A stretch of DNA of 64,000 nucleotides from the NCBI GenBank assembly GCA_964393205.1, contig CAYMSV010000002.1, forward strand, positions 28,078 to 92,077, written 5' to 3'. The translations under genes were made by a program, and so were the position numbers. The stretch comes from an uncultured Pseudomonadales bacterium. GTDB taxonomy: Bacteria > Patescibacteriota > Microgenomatia > UBA1400 > PJMF01. Below, piece by piece: positions 18,332 to 27,716 of this stretch; the stretch's first letter is position 1, and each line of letters opens with the position of its first letter. A model generated the notes under the pieces. It searched no databases and was not told the DNA's origin. It saw only the letters and a list, made by a program, of their open reading frames with translations.

Positions 18332-20521
18332 TTATGAAAAACTTTTACTAGCTAAATATTCTTGAATCTTAACTCTAAAAACTTCTCTAGCCTTGCTACC
18401 CTGAGCAGGTCCGACAAAACCAGCCTCTTCTAGTTGGTCCAAAATACGAGCTGCCCGAGCATAACCCACAGACAAGTGACGCTGAATAGCACTAGAAGAA
18501 GCACTATCACTAGTACTAAATAACTGTGCTGCTTCATCAAATCTCTCATCTCGATCAGCCTCTCCCTCTACACTAACGCTAACGGAGCCTCCTACCCTGC
18601 TAACCTGATATTTATTAGTAATTTCTTCCTCATAATTTGGTTTTTTACCTCTAGATTTAAGAAAATCAATCAGTTGATCAATTTCTCTAGCATCAACGTA
18701 AGTGCCTTGAATACGTTGTGGTTTAGCTCTATTTGGAGATAAATAAAGCATATCTCCCTTACCTAAAAGTTTCTCTGCGCCAGGAGTATCTAAAATTACT
18801 CGACTATCAGTCACGCTCGAAACATTGAAGGCAATTCTGGTGGGCATGTTAGCCTTAATTAAGCCAGTGATTACATCAACAGATGGTCGCTGGGTAGCTA
18901 AAACCAAATGAATTCCTACCGCTCTAGCCATTTGAGCAATCCTAGTAACATTGTCTTCCACCTCTTTGGGAGCGAAAAGCATAATGTCTGCCATTTCATC
19001 AATAACAATCACAATATTTGGCATAGTGGCCAAACCAGCTAGCTCATTATAATCTCGAATACTTCTCACTCCAACATCTTCAAGCATTTTATAGCGCTTA
19101 GACATTAGCTCCGAAGCCCATTTAAGAGCCGACACCACTTTATCTGGATCAACAATGACTGGCGTTAACAAATGAGGAATATCTTTATATTTGGTCAACT
19201 CTACTCGTTTAGGATCAACCAAAATTAATTTAACCTCCTCTGGAGTGGCACGAAACAAAATGGAACACAAAAATGAATTAACACAAACAGATTTACCCGA
19301 ACCTGTGGCTCCAGCAATTAATAAATGGGGCATTTCGGCAATGTCTGCCACAATTGGTTTACCAGCTACATCAACTCCTAAACTAACTGCCAATTTTGAA
19401 GGATGTTTTTTTACCACTGGTGAAGATAGCATTGTCTTTAAGGGCACTATTTCAGCACTATGATTTGGTACCTCTACTCCTACCAAATTACGACCAGGAA
19501 TTGGTGCTTCAATTCTTACTTGTCCAGTCGGTGCTGCTAAAGCTAGAGCTAAATCAGTTGACAGCGCTGTAATTTTTGATAAACGAGTTCCTTTACTGAT
19601 ATCTAAAGCATACTGAGTAACTGCCGGACCAGGATTATATTCTGCAACCTTGGCGTTAATGCCAAAAGAATCTAGAGTATTTTCAATAACCTGAGCATTG
19701 GCTTTGACATCACCACGATCAGCTTTTGCTCCTCTCTCTACAGATAATAAAGACAGGGGAGGATAATCCCAAACCATTGGCATAGAAGAAGCATTGAGAG
19801 CTTCTTCTCCTTCTAAACCACCTGAAGATTTGGCAGCTTGAGTTTCTGCCTTGGTCAAAACAGCAGTACTACTAGTTTCATCAAGTTCGATTTCTTCATT
19901 AAAATCGGCTCCTCTCTTGAGAGTTTTCTTAGTAAAAGCTAATTTAGGAATTGAAAAGTGACGAGATTTTTTTATTTCTTTATCAGTTACATCTTCATCA
20001 ACAGATTTCAAACCTTTTTTAGCTAATTTCGCCTTACGACGATTGGCAATTATTTTGCTTAAACCATTAACTAAATCAGTCAAAGAACTCTGGGAAAGAA
20101 TTAAAAAACCAATTAAAGATAAGGAAGCAAACACTATATAAGCACCTATTGTGCTGATTAGTCTTGATAAATTATTGAAAATATTAATCCCAATTTCACC
20201 AGATCGAGATACTCCCATCACCCCAATCATCATTAAAATCACTCCGAGCAAAATTGTTGGCTTAGACCAAGCATGCTTGCTACGAATCATTACTAAACCT
20301 GAAGCAATAAAAACAAATGGTAAAAATAACATGGATAAGCCAAGTTTATCTGCTAAAAAATTGTTAAGAGCAATCAACCATTGTCCTTGTCCACTGAAAG
20401 AGACCAGCACCAAGCTACCAAACATAATTAGCAACACTGCTATTATTGAATAAGTGGTATCGGCTCGCATTTTTAAACGAATTGCTTTACGTTTTTTGCG
20501 ACGAGACTTTCTTTTTGCCAT
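18332..20521 (-). CDS. ftsK: DNA translocase FtsK/SpoIIIE
   Basis: N-terminal TMs, PHLLIAGATGSGKS, VIDEMAD, LATQRPSVDVITG, gamma domain (IQRHLSVGYARAARI). Confidence 0.97.
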   Translation of the reverse strand: MAKRKSRRKKRKAIRLKMRADTTYSIIAVLLIMFGSLVLVSFSGQGQWLIALNNFLADKLGLSMLFLPFVFIASGLVMIRSKHAWSKPTILLGVILMMIGVMGVSRSGEIGINIFNNLSRLISTIGAYIVFASLSLIGFLILSQSSLTDLVNGLSKIIANRRKAKLAKKGLKSVDEDVTDKEIKKSRHFSIPKLAFTKKTLKRGADFNEEIELDETSSTAVLTKAETQAAKSSGGLEGEEALNASSMPMVWDYPPLSLLSVERGAKADRGDVKANAQVIENTLDSFGINAKVAEYNPGPAVTQYALDISKGTRLSKITALSTDLALALAAPTGQVRIEAPIPGRNLVGVEVPNHSAEIVPLKTMLSSPVVKKHPSKLAVSLGVDVAGKPIVADIAEMPHLLIAGATGSGKSVCVNSFLCSILFRATPEEVKLILVDPKRVELTKYKDIPHLLTPVIVDPDKVVSALKWASELMSKRYKMLEDVGVRSIRDYNELAGLATMPNIVIVIDEMADIMLFAPKEVEDNVTRIAQMARAVGIHLVLATQRPSVDVITGLIKANMPTRIAFNVSSVTDSRVILDTPGAEKLLGKGDMLYLSPNRAKPQRIQGTYVDAREIDQLIDFLKSRGKKPNYEEEITNKYQVSRVGGSVSVSVEGEADRDERFDEAAQLFSTSDSASSSAIQRHLSVGYARAARILDQLEEAGFVGPAQGSKAREVFRVKIQEYLASKSFS

Positions 20522-20609
20522 ATTTTGATCAGATTAGTTAACTCTATTTAAAAGCAAAACTCTTAAAACTGCAAGCAGCAAGGCTAAAAGAACAGTAATT
20601 TAGATAAAA

Positions 20610-22274
20610 CTAAAAATCCCAAATTACCGGTAAAATCATAGGTTCACGACGAATAATTTTGAATAAACGACGCGCTAAACGCTTTTCTAAGCGACGTTTT
20701 AATTCTTCATCTTTGACTTTTCTTCCCAAATCCTGAATGATAGCTACTGTTTCTTTTTCAATATATTTGACTACCTCATCAGCTTCTTTCATGAAAACAA
20801 AACCTCGTGAAATAACTTGCATTTTATTAAAATCGAACTGATTTTTAAATCTAGGTAACAATAAAACAATAATCCCAGCTTTAGATAAATTTAAACGATC
20901 AGATAAAACAACTGGACCAACATCACCTATACCTAAACCATCAATGGTTTTTGCAGACAGAGGAATTTCTTTAGCCACCGACACTCCTTGTTGATCAATT
21001 TGTAAGAGCTCTCCACTCTTAGGTATTAAAATTTGCCAATCTTTATAATCCAAAGGCTTGGCTACCGTTTTCTTAAATAGAGTTCGATGACGATCAGCAC
21101 CTCCAATAGGCATAATAAACTTAGGTTTGAGCAGTTTTAGCATTAATTCCTGCTCACTACGACTAGCATGACCAGAACGATGAATATCAGGACGAATGTC
21201 TGGATAAACAACCTCCACATCATCAGCTGCTAATTGATCAATAGCTGTGTAATAAGGAATTTCGTTACCTGGAATTACATCGGCTGAAAAAATCACTTTA
21301 TCACGATTACTAATCTGGACTATTTGGTGGTCGCCGTAAACAGCTCTGACTAAAGAAGAGCCTTCTTGACCCTGACTACCAGCTATAATTACACAGAGCT
21401 TATTATCTGGCAATTGATTAATTTTCTTCTTGTCTAAAAGTAAACCTTTTGGAATATTCAAACTTTTAGATTGAGCAGCACTTTTTACATTTTGTTCTAC
21501 GCTGCGACCAACAAAAACCACTTTTCTACCCAATTTACTACAGGCATCAACCGTTTGTTGAATACGATGTAAGTGAGAACTCATTAAAGTTACTAAAATC
21601 TTACCTTCAACACCTTGCATTTCTCTAAATAAAGCAGGACCAACTGTAGATTCAGAGGGAGTCCAATCATCTCTTTCAACTCGTAAACAATCTAAAGAGG
21701 CCATTAATAAGTCACCATCTTGACCAATTTTCTCAACAAAATCCATATCACTAAGCCGCCCATCAACAGGTTGTTTATCTAATTTAAAATCACTACCGTG
21801 GTAAATTTTACCCACAGGTGTCTCTAATAAAATATGTTTTGAATCGGGTACGGAATGAGTAACAGCAATCAATTGAAATTTAAAAGATTGACTTAAATTT
21901 AATTGTTGTCGATCATTTAAAACCTGAATTTTCCGATCAAGCTTCTTATCCCGTAAGCGATCATGAGCAAATTGAGCTGTCAATAGAGAAGCATAAATTG
22001 GAAAATCTGGCAAATTCGGCAATAGATAGGGTAAGGCTCCAATATGGTCGTCATGACCATGACTCAAGATCATACCAACTATCTTTGCTCCTGACTCTAA
22101 TTGATTTAATAAATAACTAATATCTGGAATAAGGGCATCTACCCCAGGCATATACATATCAGGGAAACCGATACCACAATCAATCAGCAATATTTCTTGT
22201 TGATATTGATATAAATAAAGGTTTTGGGTAACCCTACCCATACCTCCTAAAGCTAAAAAGTTAAGTTTTGACAT
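20610..22274 (-). CDS. rnj: Ribonuclease J
   Basis: ALGG, IDCG, HGHDDHIG metallo-beta-lactamase motif, HSVPD, GSQGQE, HRSGH; start set at MSKLNF (22274). Confidence 0.93.
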   Translation of the reverse strand: MSKLNFLALGGMGRVTQNLYLYQYQQEILLIDCGIGFPDMYMPGVDALIPDISYLLNQLESGAKIVGMILSHGHDDHIGALPYLLPNLPDFPIYASLLTAQFAHDRLRDKKLDRKIQVLNDRQQLNLSQSFKFQLIAVTHSVPDSKHILLETPVGKIYHGSDFKLDKQPVDGRLSDMDFVEKIGQDGDLLMASLDCLRVERDDWTPSESTVGPALFREMQGVEGKILVTLMSSHLHRIQQTVDACSKLGRKVVFVGRSVEQNVKSAAQSKSLNIPKGLLLDKKKINQLPDNKLCVIIAGSQGQEGSSLVRAVYGDHQIVQISNRDKVIFSADVIPGNEIPYYTAIDQLAADDVEVVYPDIRPDIHRSGHASRSEQELMLKLLKPKFIMPIGGADRHRTLFKKTVAKPLDYKDWQILIPKSGELLQIDQQGVSVAKEIPLSAKTIDGLGIGDVGPVVLSDRLNLSKAGIIVLLLPRFKNQFDFNKMQVISRGFVFMKEADEVVKYIEKETVAIIQDLGRKVKDEELKRRLEKRLARRLFKIIRREPMILPVIWDF

Positions 22275-22276
22275 AT

Positions 22277-22936
22277 TTAAAATAATTCCTCTCTCAATTG
22301 TTCTTTTAATTTCAAAGTTTCTTGTTGTGAATCTATCCACTTTATAATTTTTTTAATTTTTTTGAAGTCTTCAATAAATGATTTTTTAACCCGACCAGAC
22401 CTCAGAGCTGCTGCTGGATGATACATTGGTAAAACAAATAAATCTTGATTTTGCCACCTCAACTTATGTAATCGACCGTGTATTTGTGAAATTTTAACAT
22501 CTTCTAAAAATTTGGCCATACTAAAACGTCCTAAGGTAACAATTAATTTAGGTTGAATTAGTTCAATCTCTTTATCTAAAAAAGGTTTAAAAGCTAAAAT
22601 TTCTTTAGGTGAAGGGTCTCGATTATTTGGTGGACGCACCTTTACAATGTTGCTAATAAAAACTGTTTCGGCTGGTAAATCAATTTCTAAAAGAGTTTTA
22701 CGCAATAATTGTCCTGAACGACCAACAAAAGGACGTCTTTCCAAAGCCTCATGATAACCAGGAGCCTCACCAATCAGCATAATTTCAGCATCTTGTTTGC
22801 CTTCACCATGAACTATATCCTCAGCTCGATTAGCTAAAGGAAGTATATTTACATTTTTTTCAAGTAAAGATTCTAATTTAGATAAATTTTTAAGTTCAAT
22901 TAATAGTTTCTCCACTGATAAATCAGTCTTTGACAT
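22277..22936 (-). CDS. Uracil-DNA glycosylase, family 4-like (no cysteines)
   Basis: IGEAPG..E, PFVGRSG, NIVK.RPP.NR.P, YHPAA. Confidence 0.9.
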   Translation of the reverse strand: MSKTDLSVEKLLIELKNLSKLESLLEKNVNILPLANRAEDIVHGEGKQDAEIMLIGEAPGYHEALERRPFVGRSGQLLRKTLLEIDLPAETVFISNIVKVRPPNNRDPSPKEILAFKPFLDKEIELIQPKLIVTLGRFSMAKFLEDVKISQIHGRLHKLRWQNQDLFVLPMYHPAAALRSGRVKKSFIEDFKKIKKIIKWIDSQQETLKLKEQLREELF

Positions 22937-22955
22937 ATCCCAATTCTAACACAAA

Positions 22956-24020
22956 CTAATAGCTAGGTAGAAAAATCTTAACATTATCCGGACCTATAAT
23001 CACTTCTTTAAAACCTCTTTCTACAATAATTCGCGCGGCTTTACGCACCGCACCTTTAAGAGTGCGCTGCAATGTTCTCACTCCGGCATCAAAACCTAAA
23101 GGACGTACTAGCGTTGGCCAAATAGCCTCATCAATCTTAAACTGATTTTCTTTTAAGCCAGCTTCTTTCATAACACCTGGCAAAATATACTTTTTTGCAA
23201 TCACAATTTTCTCTTCGTCACTATAAGAAGGCATATCAATTCGCTCCATACGATCAATTACTGCTGTTGCAATACGTCTAGTATTATTACAAGTAGCAAT
23301 AAAAATAGCCTGACTTAAATTAACTGGATAATTAATATAGTTGTCTACAAAGGCATGGTTCTGAGCAGGATCTAATAGTTCTACTAAAACCCCCATAATG
23401 TCATTGTTAGCTTCATCAGCAGCTCGATCAATTTCATCTAGTAAAATTACGGGATTCATTGTCTTAGCTTCACACAAACCCTGAATAATTGCCCCTGGTT
23501 GAGCTTCTAAAATTAATCTTGATTCTCCACGTAATTCTTTAGCAGATACCATACCACCAATAGGAATACGCAATATCTGTCGTCCCAATGCTTCTGCTAA
23601 AGAATAAGCAAAAGTGGTTTTTCCAGTTCCCACTAAACCAACTAAAAGTAATATTGGAGCAGAAAATTCTTGATTGGTAAAATTTTGTTTTTGTAAATTA
23701 AGAATTGCTAAATATTCTAAAAAACGATCTTTAACCTCTTTTAAACCATAATGATGTTTATCAAAAATCGCTTTAGCCGCCTGAATATCCAGTGTATCTT
23801 CACTCTTTTGAGCAAAAGGGATTTTGATCACCCAATCTAAATAACGAGAAACTTTGTCATATTTTTCATCATAATTTCCCAACTTAACGCTACGTTCTAG
23901 AGAAACTAATTCTTTTTTTAGTTTTAATAACAGTTCTTCTGGTAATTGAATCTGTTCAATTTTAGCTCTTAACTCGTCAAGTTCCTGATTTAAAATTTCT
24001 TCAGAATTAATTTGAGACAT
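22956..24020 (-). CDS. Lon-type AAA+ ATPase without N-terminal or protease domain
   Basis: YLDW..IP, HHYGLKEVKDR, Walker A GLVGTGKTT, NPVILLDEID, LLDPAQN..F.D.Y, GVR.LQR; stops where the Lon protease domain would begin; start MSQIN at 24020. Confidence 0.88.
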   Translation of the reverse strand: MSQINSEEILNQELDELRAKIEQIQLPEELLLKLKKELVSLERSVKLGNYDEKYDKVSRYLDWVIKIPFAQKSEDTLDIQAAKAIFDKHHYGLKEVKDRFLEYLAILNLQKQNFTNQEFSAPILLLVGLVGTGKTTFAYSLAEALGRQILRIPIGGMVSAKELRGESRLILEAQPGAIIQGLCEAKTMNPVILLDEIDRAADEANNDIMGVLVELLDPAQNHAFVDNYINYPVNLSQAIFIATCNNTRRIATAVIDRMERIDMPSYSDEEKIVIAKKYILPGVMKEAGLKENQFKIDEAIWPTLVRPLGFDAGVRTLQRTLKGAVRKAARIIVERGFKEVIIGPDNVKIFLPSY

Positions 24021-24027
24021 AAAAAGA

Positions 24028-24537
24028 TTAAAATTGCTTTGCTTGAAGTGTAAATCCCAGTCCAATGCTTAACATTGCTAAGGCCAAAAACAAAATAGTA
24101 GTAGTAGTTGAACCAGCTTCCGGCAAAGTATCTTCAGTACTACTAATCGTAGCTTCTTCAGATTCTGTTGCTTCAGCAACCTCACCAATAGTTAAAACGA
24201 AATCTAATGTTTCATCTCCAGATTCTAAATTAAATTGATGATCACCTTCAGCCAAAGATGAAACCAAGTTTGTCCAACCCCCTTCTGCATCAGCTGTCGC
24301 TGTTTGAGTTGAATCGTTAATCAAGATAGATATGGTAGCAGAGGGAGAAGCTAAACCAGTTAATTCGAAAGTTCCACCAGAATAAGTATAACTTTTCAAG
24401 CTTCCTCCCAGATCTAAATCAGACACATCCATAGCTCCTAAACCAGTGATTTGCAAAGAAGAAGCTAAAACCTTTTGAAAAAAAAGCAAGGGAAAAGCGA
24501 GTAATAACAATGTAGTAACAATTAAAATTTTTCTCAT
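24028..24537 (-). CDS. Secreted Ig-like protein with LPEAG sortase-type sorting signal (paralog of 17771..18268)
   Basis: Signal peptide ending VLA; shares G.ASPSA, AD.EG.W and GETLD/DETLD with the paralog; LPEAG, TM, short tail. Confidence 0.7.
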   Translation of the reverse strand: MRKILIVTTLLLLAFPLLFFQKVLASSLQITGLGAMDVSDLDLGGSLKSYTYSGGTFELTGLASPSATISILINDSTQTATADAEGGWTNLVSSLAEGDHQFNLESGDETLDFVLTIGEVAEATESEEATISSTEDTLPEAGSTTTTILFLALAMLSIGLGFTLQAKQF

Positions 24538-24560
24538 ATATCCTATTCAGTCTAGCATTT

Positions 24561-25499
24561 TTATTTTTTTTGCACAGCTAGTAATTCCAACATTTGATTA
24601 CGACGTAATAAACCAGTTTTACCTCCGTAAAACCTCACAACACTGCTTGCATTACGAACTCCCCAAACAATTGCCTCCTCCACCTTTCGATTATCCAATA
24701 GAGCAGCAATATAGGCAGCAGCAAAAGAGTCGCCAGCACCTGTATTGTCTACAGCACTACCAGATTGCCCCTCATAAATAAATTTCTTTTTACCATACAA
24801 GTAGACTTCTCCACCTTTCTTACCCATAGTCACAATTACTTGTGGAAAATGAGCTAGAATTTCTTCCTGAACTTCAGCTAACAACAACCATTCCTGTTGA
24901 TTAACAAAAAATACTTCACAGGGAATTTTATCTAAATCAAAAGTTCTATTTACCAATAGCTCTATTTCACTTTTACCAGGATTCCATGATAACTTAGTGT
25001 CTTGGTCTTTGATTAAACTATTAAAAATTTTCAACAAAGTATTTTTTTGACCAGCAATACTAGATAAGTGAACCCAACTGGCTTGAGTTAACCAAAAAGA
25101 GGGAATGTCATAAGGGTCAAGCATTGAAGCTGCACCTCGATGAGTCATGGCTACTCGATCTCCACCTTTAGTTACTAATAGCACACTTCCTCCAGTTCTT
25201 TCTAATTTTTCTCTAATCAGTAACTGTGTACTGACACCCTCTCGTTCAAAATCTCTCACTATTAAATCAGAAAATTCGTCATGACCAGTTTCAGAAATAA
25301 CTGCCGTTTTATAACCCAAACGAGCTAAAGCTACTGAAGTATTACTGGCTCCACCACCAGTGAAAATGTGGAAATCATTTAAATCTAATTTGTCTCCATA
25401 AGTCAAAACATGTTGTTGTTTGTTACGATCAGTCTCTAGATCTTTAGAGCTAATAAAAATGTCAACTAGTGAAGATCCAATGCTAATACAATCGTACAT
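24561..25499 (-). CDS. PfkB family carbohydrate kinase
   Basis: GGGASNTSVALARLG, WNPG, DNTGAGDSF. Confidence 0.92.
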   Translation of the reverse strand: MYDCISIGSSLVDIFISSKDLETDRNKQQHVLTYGDKLDLNDFHIFTGGGASNTSVALARLGYKTAVISETGHDEFSDLIVRDFEREGVSTQLLIREKLERTGGSVLLVTKGGDRVAMTHRGAASMLDPYDIPSFWLTQASWVHLSSIAGQKNTLLKIFNSLIKDQDTKLSWNPGKSEIELLVNRTFDLDKIPCEVFFVNQQEWLLLAEVQEEILAHFPQVIVTMGKKGGEVYLYGKKKFIYEGQSGSAVDNTGAGDSFAAAYIAALLDNRKVEEAIVWGVRNASSVVRFYGGKTGLLRRNQMLELLAVQKK

Positions 25500-25563
25500 A
25501 GGCAGTTAAAACATTGTACAAGATAAAGAAGTCAGTTTGCAAGACTTGAGATTATTTTTGATC

Positions 25564-26184
25564 TTATTCTAAACGTTTTTCCATTTCTTCTTCAAATAAA
25601 TGAAGAGCTATTTTAAACTCTTCTAAATTATCAACAATTCGATATACTTTTGATTCTTTATAACCAATTAAAAAATGTTTGTGAATGACATCCATCACTT
25701 CATGCCAAAAATGACCATATAAAATCATTGGCTTATGATTACCATAATAAAGATGAGCCAAAAGCCAAGCAGTAGCCCATTCACTTAAAGTACCAGTTCC
25801 ACCTTGAAAACAAACAAAAAGATCAGAATTGTCCATTAAACCAAACATCCGTTCTATATAATTACTGGTTTTAATTTCCCGGTCAACTATATTATCTCCA
25901 TCACGACCCTCAAACTCTGGCATATTAACTGGATTAAAAGTAACTGCCATTGTCTTGCCATTTGTGGATTGAGCTCCTTTGGTAGCAGCTCCCATGACTC
26001 CTGGACCCCCACCGTTAACTACAATTTTCTTTTGACTGGCCACATAGGCAGCTATTTCAAAAGCAGCTTGACAAACTGGATGGTCATCATCTAGATCTGC
26101 GCCTCCATAAAAAGCAATTTTTTCTACCTTACACAAGCGATTCGCTCCCGGAACCACTATTTTTTTTCGTTCTTCTTTGGTCAT
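25564..26184 (-). CDS. LOG/YgdH family Rossmann-fold nucleotide-binding protein
   Basis: NGGGPGVMGAATKGA, ER...L, GGTGTLSE. Confidence 0.85.
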   Translation of the reverse strand: MTKEERKKIVVPGANRLCKVEKIAFYGGADLDDDHPVCQAAFEIAAYVASQKKIVVNGGGPGVMGAATKGAQSTNGKTMAVTFNPVNMPEFEGRDGDNIVDREIKTSNYIERMFGLMDNSDLFVCFQGGTGTLSEWATAWLLAHLYYGNHKPMILYGHFWHEVMDVIHKHFLIGYKESKVYRIVDNLEEFKIALHLFEEEMEKRLE

Positions 26185-26846
26185 AAAAGCTCCTTTTTCA
26201 AATTATTAAAAGCCAAATCAAAATTTTGAGCATTAAATAGTGCTGATCCAATAGCTACCTGATCAACCCCAGATTTTTCTAAAATTTTGAGATATTCAGC
26301 TTTAACTCCGCCATCCACACTAATTCTTAAGCGCTTGTCTATTTTCCCTGACAGAGTTTTTAGTTCTTTAATTTTATCAAGCACCAACTTATTAAAAAAT
26401 TGACCCTGTTGACCAGCTTCAACTGCCATCAACAATACCTGGTCCAAATTTTCCCAAGAAGAATCCTCTATATTCTCAAGAGGAGTAAAAAGGTCTAGTG
26501 CTAAACCTGTTTGCCAACCGGATTTTTTAACTTCTTCTAAAAAATCTGATTGTTGAGACATCTTTTCAATCTGACCTATCACCGACCTAGTTGGCAATCG
26601 CTTACCACATTCAATTAACTCCCAAACATAATCCATTGGCTCTTCCGTCATTAAATGAAAGTCAATTGATAATTGAGCAAAATCAAAATCTATTAAGTCA
26701 CTTGGACTGACAGTAACATTATCGGCAAACAAAGCATCAATAATATCTATTTGCACAACTTTAATGTCCGATTGTTGTTTTACTAAATCCAACTGCTGGG
26801 CAAAAGTAGCAAGACTGTCAGTTAAAATAGCTGGGTTAATTTGCAT
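26181..26846 (-). CDS. rpe: Ribulose-phosphate 3-epimerase
   Basis: PAIL, QIDIID, DFHLM, LLMAV..G.QGQ, VDGG, GSAL. Confidence 0.85.
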   Translation of the reverse strand: MQINPAILTDSLATFAQQLDLVKQQSDIKVVQIDIIDALFADNVTVSPSDLIDFDFAQLSIDFHLMTEEPMDYVWELIECGKRLPTRSVIGQIEKMSQQSDFLEEVKKSGWQTGLALDLFTPLENIEDSSWENLDQVLLMAVEAGQQGQFFNKLVLDKIKELKTLSGKIDKRLRISVDGGVKAEYLKILEKSGVDQVAIGSALFNAQNFDLAFNNLKKELL

Positions 26847-27297
26847 TAGCAATCCTTACTTGTTCTTCATAATCAGTAATTTGCTTAATTCTTCTTAGGT
26901 GTCTTGTTTCTTTACTGGGATTTGTTTTCATAATTGTTAACAAACAATCTAAAACTTTCTGCTTAGTCAAAAAATCAGCTCCAAAAGCAAAAACATTGGC
27001 ATGATTATCTTCAACAGCATGTTTTGCAATTTTTTCATCATAAACATCCACTGCTCGAATACCCTTGACCTTGTTAGCCGCTATCACCATCCCCGATCCA
27101 GAACGACAAAACAACAGACCAATACTGTCATCATTGTCTTGAGTAATTCTTTCTGCTAATTTGAAAGCAAATTGTGGATAATCGTCATCTGGATCAAGTT
27201 CACTGGGACCCAAGTCAATAACTTGGTCTTTTAAAAAAAGTTTAATTTCTTCTTTGAGTTTAAATCCTCCATGATCACTAGCAATATAAATTTTCAT
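26836..27297 (-). CDS. rpiB: Ribose-5-phosphate isomerase B
   Basis: IASDHGGF.LK, DDYP, CRSGSGM..AANK..GIRA, RH.RR; start MKIYI at 27297. Confidence 0.92.
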   Translation of the reverse strand: MKIYIASDHGGFKLKEEIKLFLKDQVIDLGPSELDPDDDYPQFAFKLAERITQDNDDSIGLLFCRSGSGMVIAANKVKGIRAVDVYDEKIAKHAVEDNHANVFAFGADFLTKQKVLDCLLTIMKTNPSKETRHLRRIKQITDYEEQVRIANAN

Positions 27298-27336
27298 AAA
27301 CTTATCATAACAAATAAATAACAAAACCAATAAAGA

Positions 27337-27368
27337 AAAACCCCGCATTAATAAAAAGGCGGGGTTTT
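27337..27368 (-). terminator. Intrinsic terminator downstream of the 66-aa gene
   Basis: AAAACCCCGC-N12-GCGGGGTTTT inverted repeat with T-tracts. Confidence 0.75.
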
Positions 27369-27387
27369 AATTGACAAATGAGAAAAA

Positions 27388-27588
27388 TTATTTTTTCTTC
27401 AAAACTGGCATGCCAGTGCGAGATGTCTCAACAACCATATAACCGGCTGGGACTTCGCTCAGGGAACCATCACGAATGTCACGTGCAAAAAAGTAAATGG
27501 TTTGCACACGACCATTTTTTAAGGTCACATCACGAGTGTGAAGATAATAAGTTTGACCCTTTTTATTGGTGTAGCTAAAAGCTGCCAT
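27388..27588 (-). CDS. Small conserved hypothetical protein (66 aa)
   Basis: Strong SD (AAGGAG) and own terminator; Y.N.KG..YYLH...IYFFA...P.GY.V.E...G.P.LK pattern. Confidence 0.75.
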   Translation of the reverse strand: MAAFSYTNKKGQTYYLHTRDVTLKNGRVQTIYFFARDIRDGSLSEVPAGYMVVETSRTGMPVLKKK

Positions 27589-27716
27589 ACTATTCTCCTT
27601 CTTCCTGACTCCTGGCCAGGATAATTGTTAATTACTAATTCCTAGAGTAGCATACTTGACTAGTATATCAAGAAGCAATTTTAATTTTTAACTATCAAAA
27701 TATATCAATGTATATC

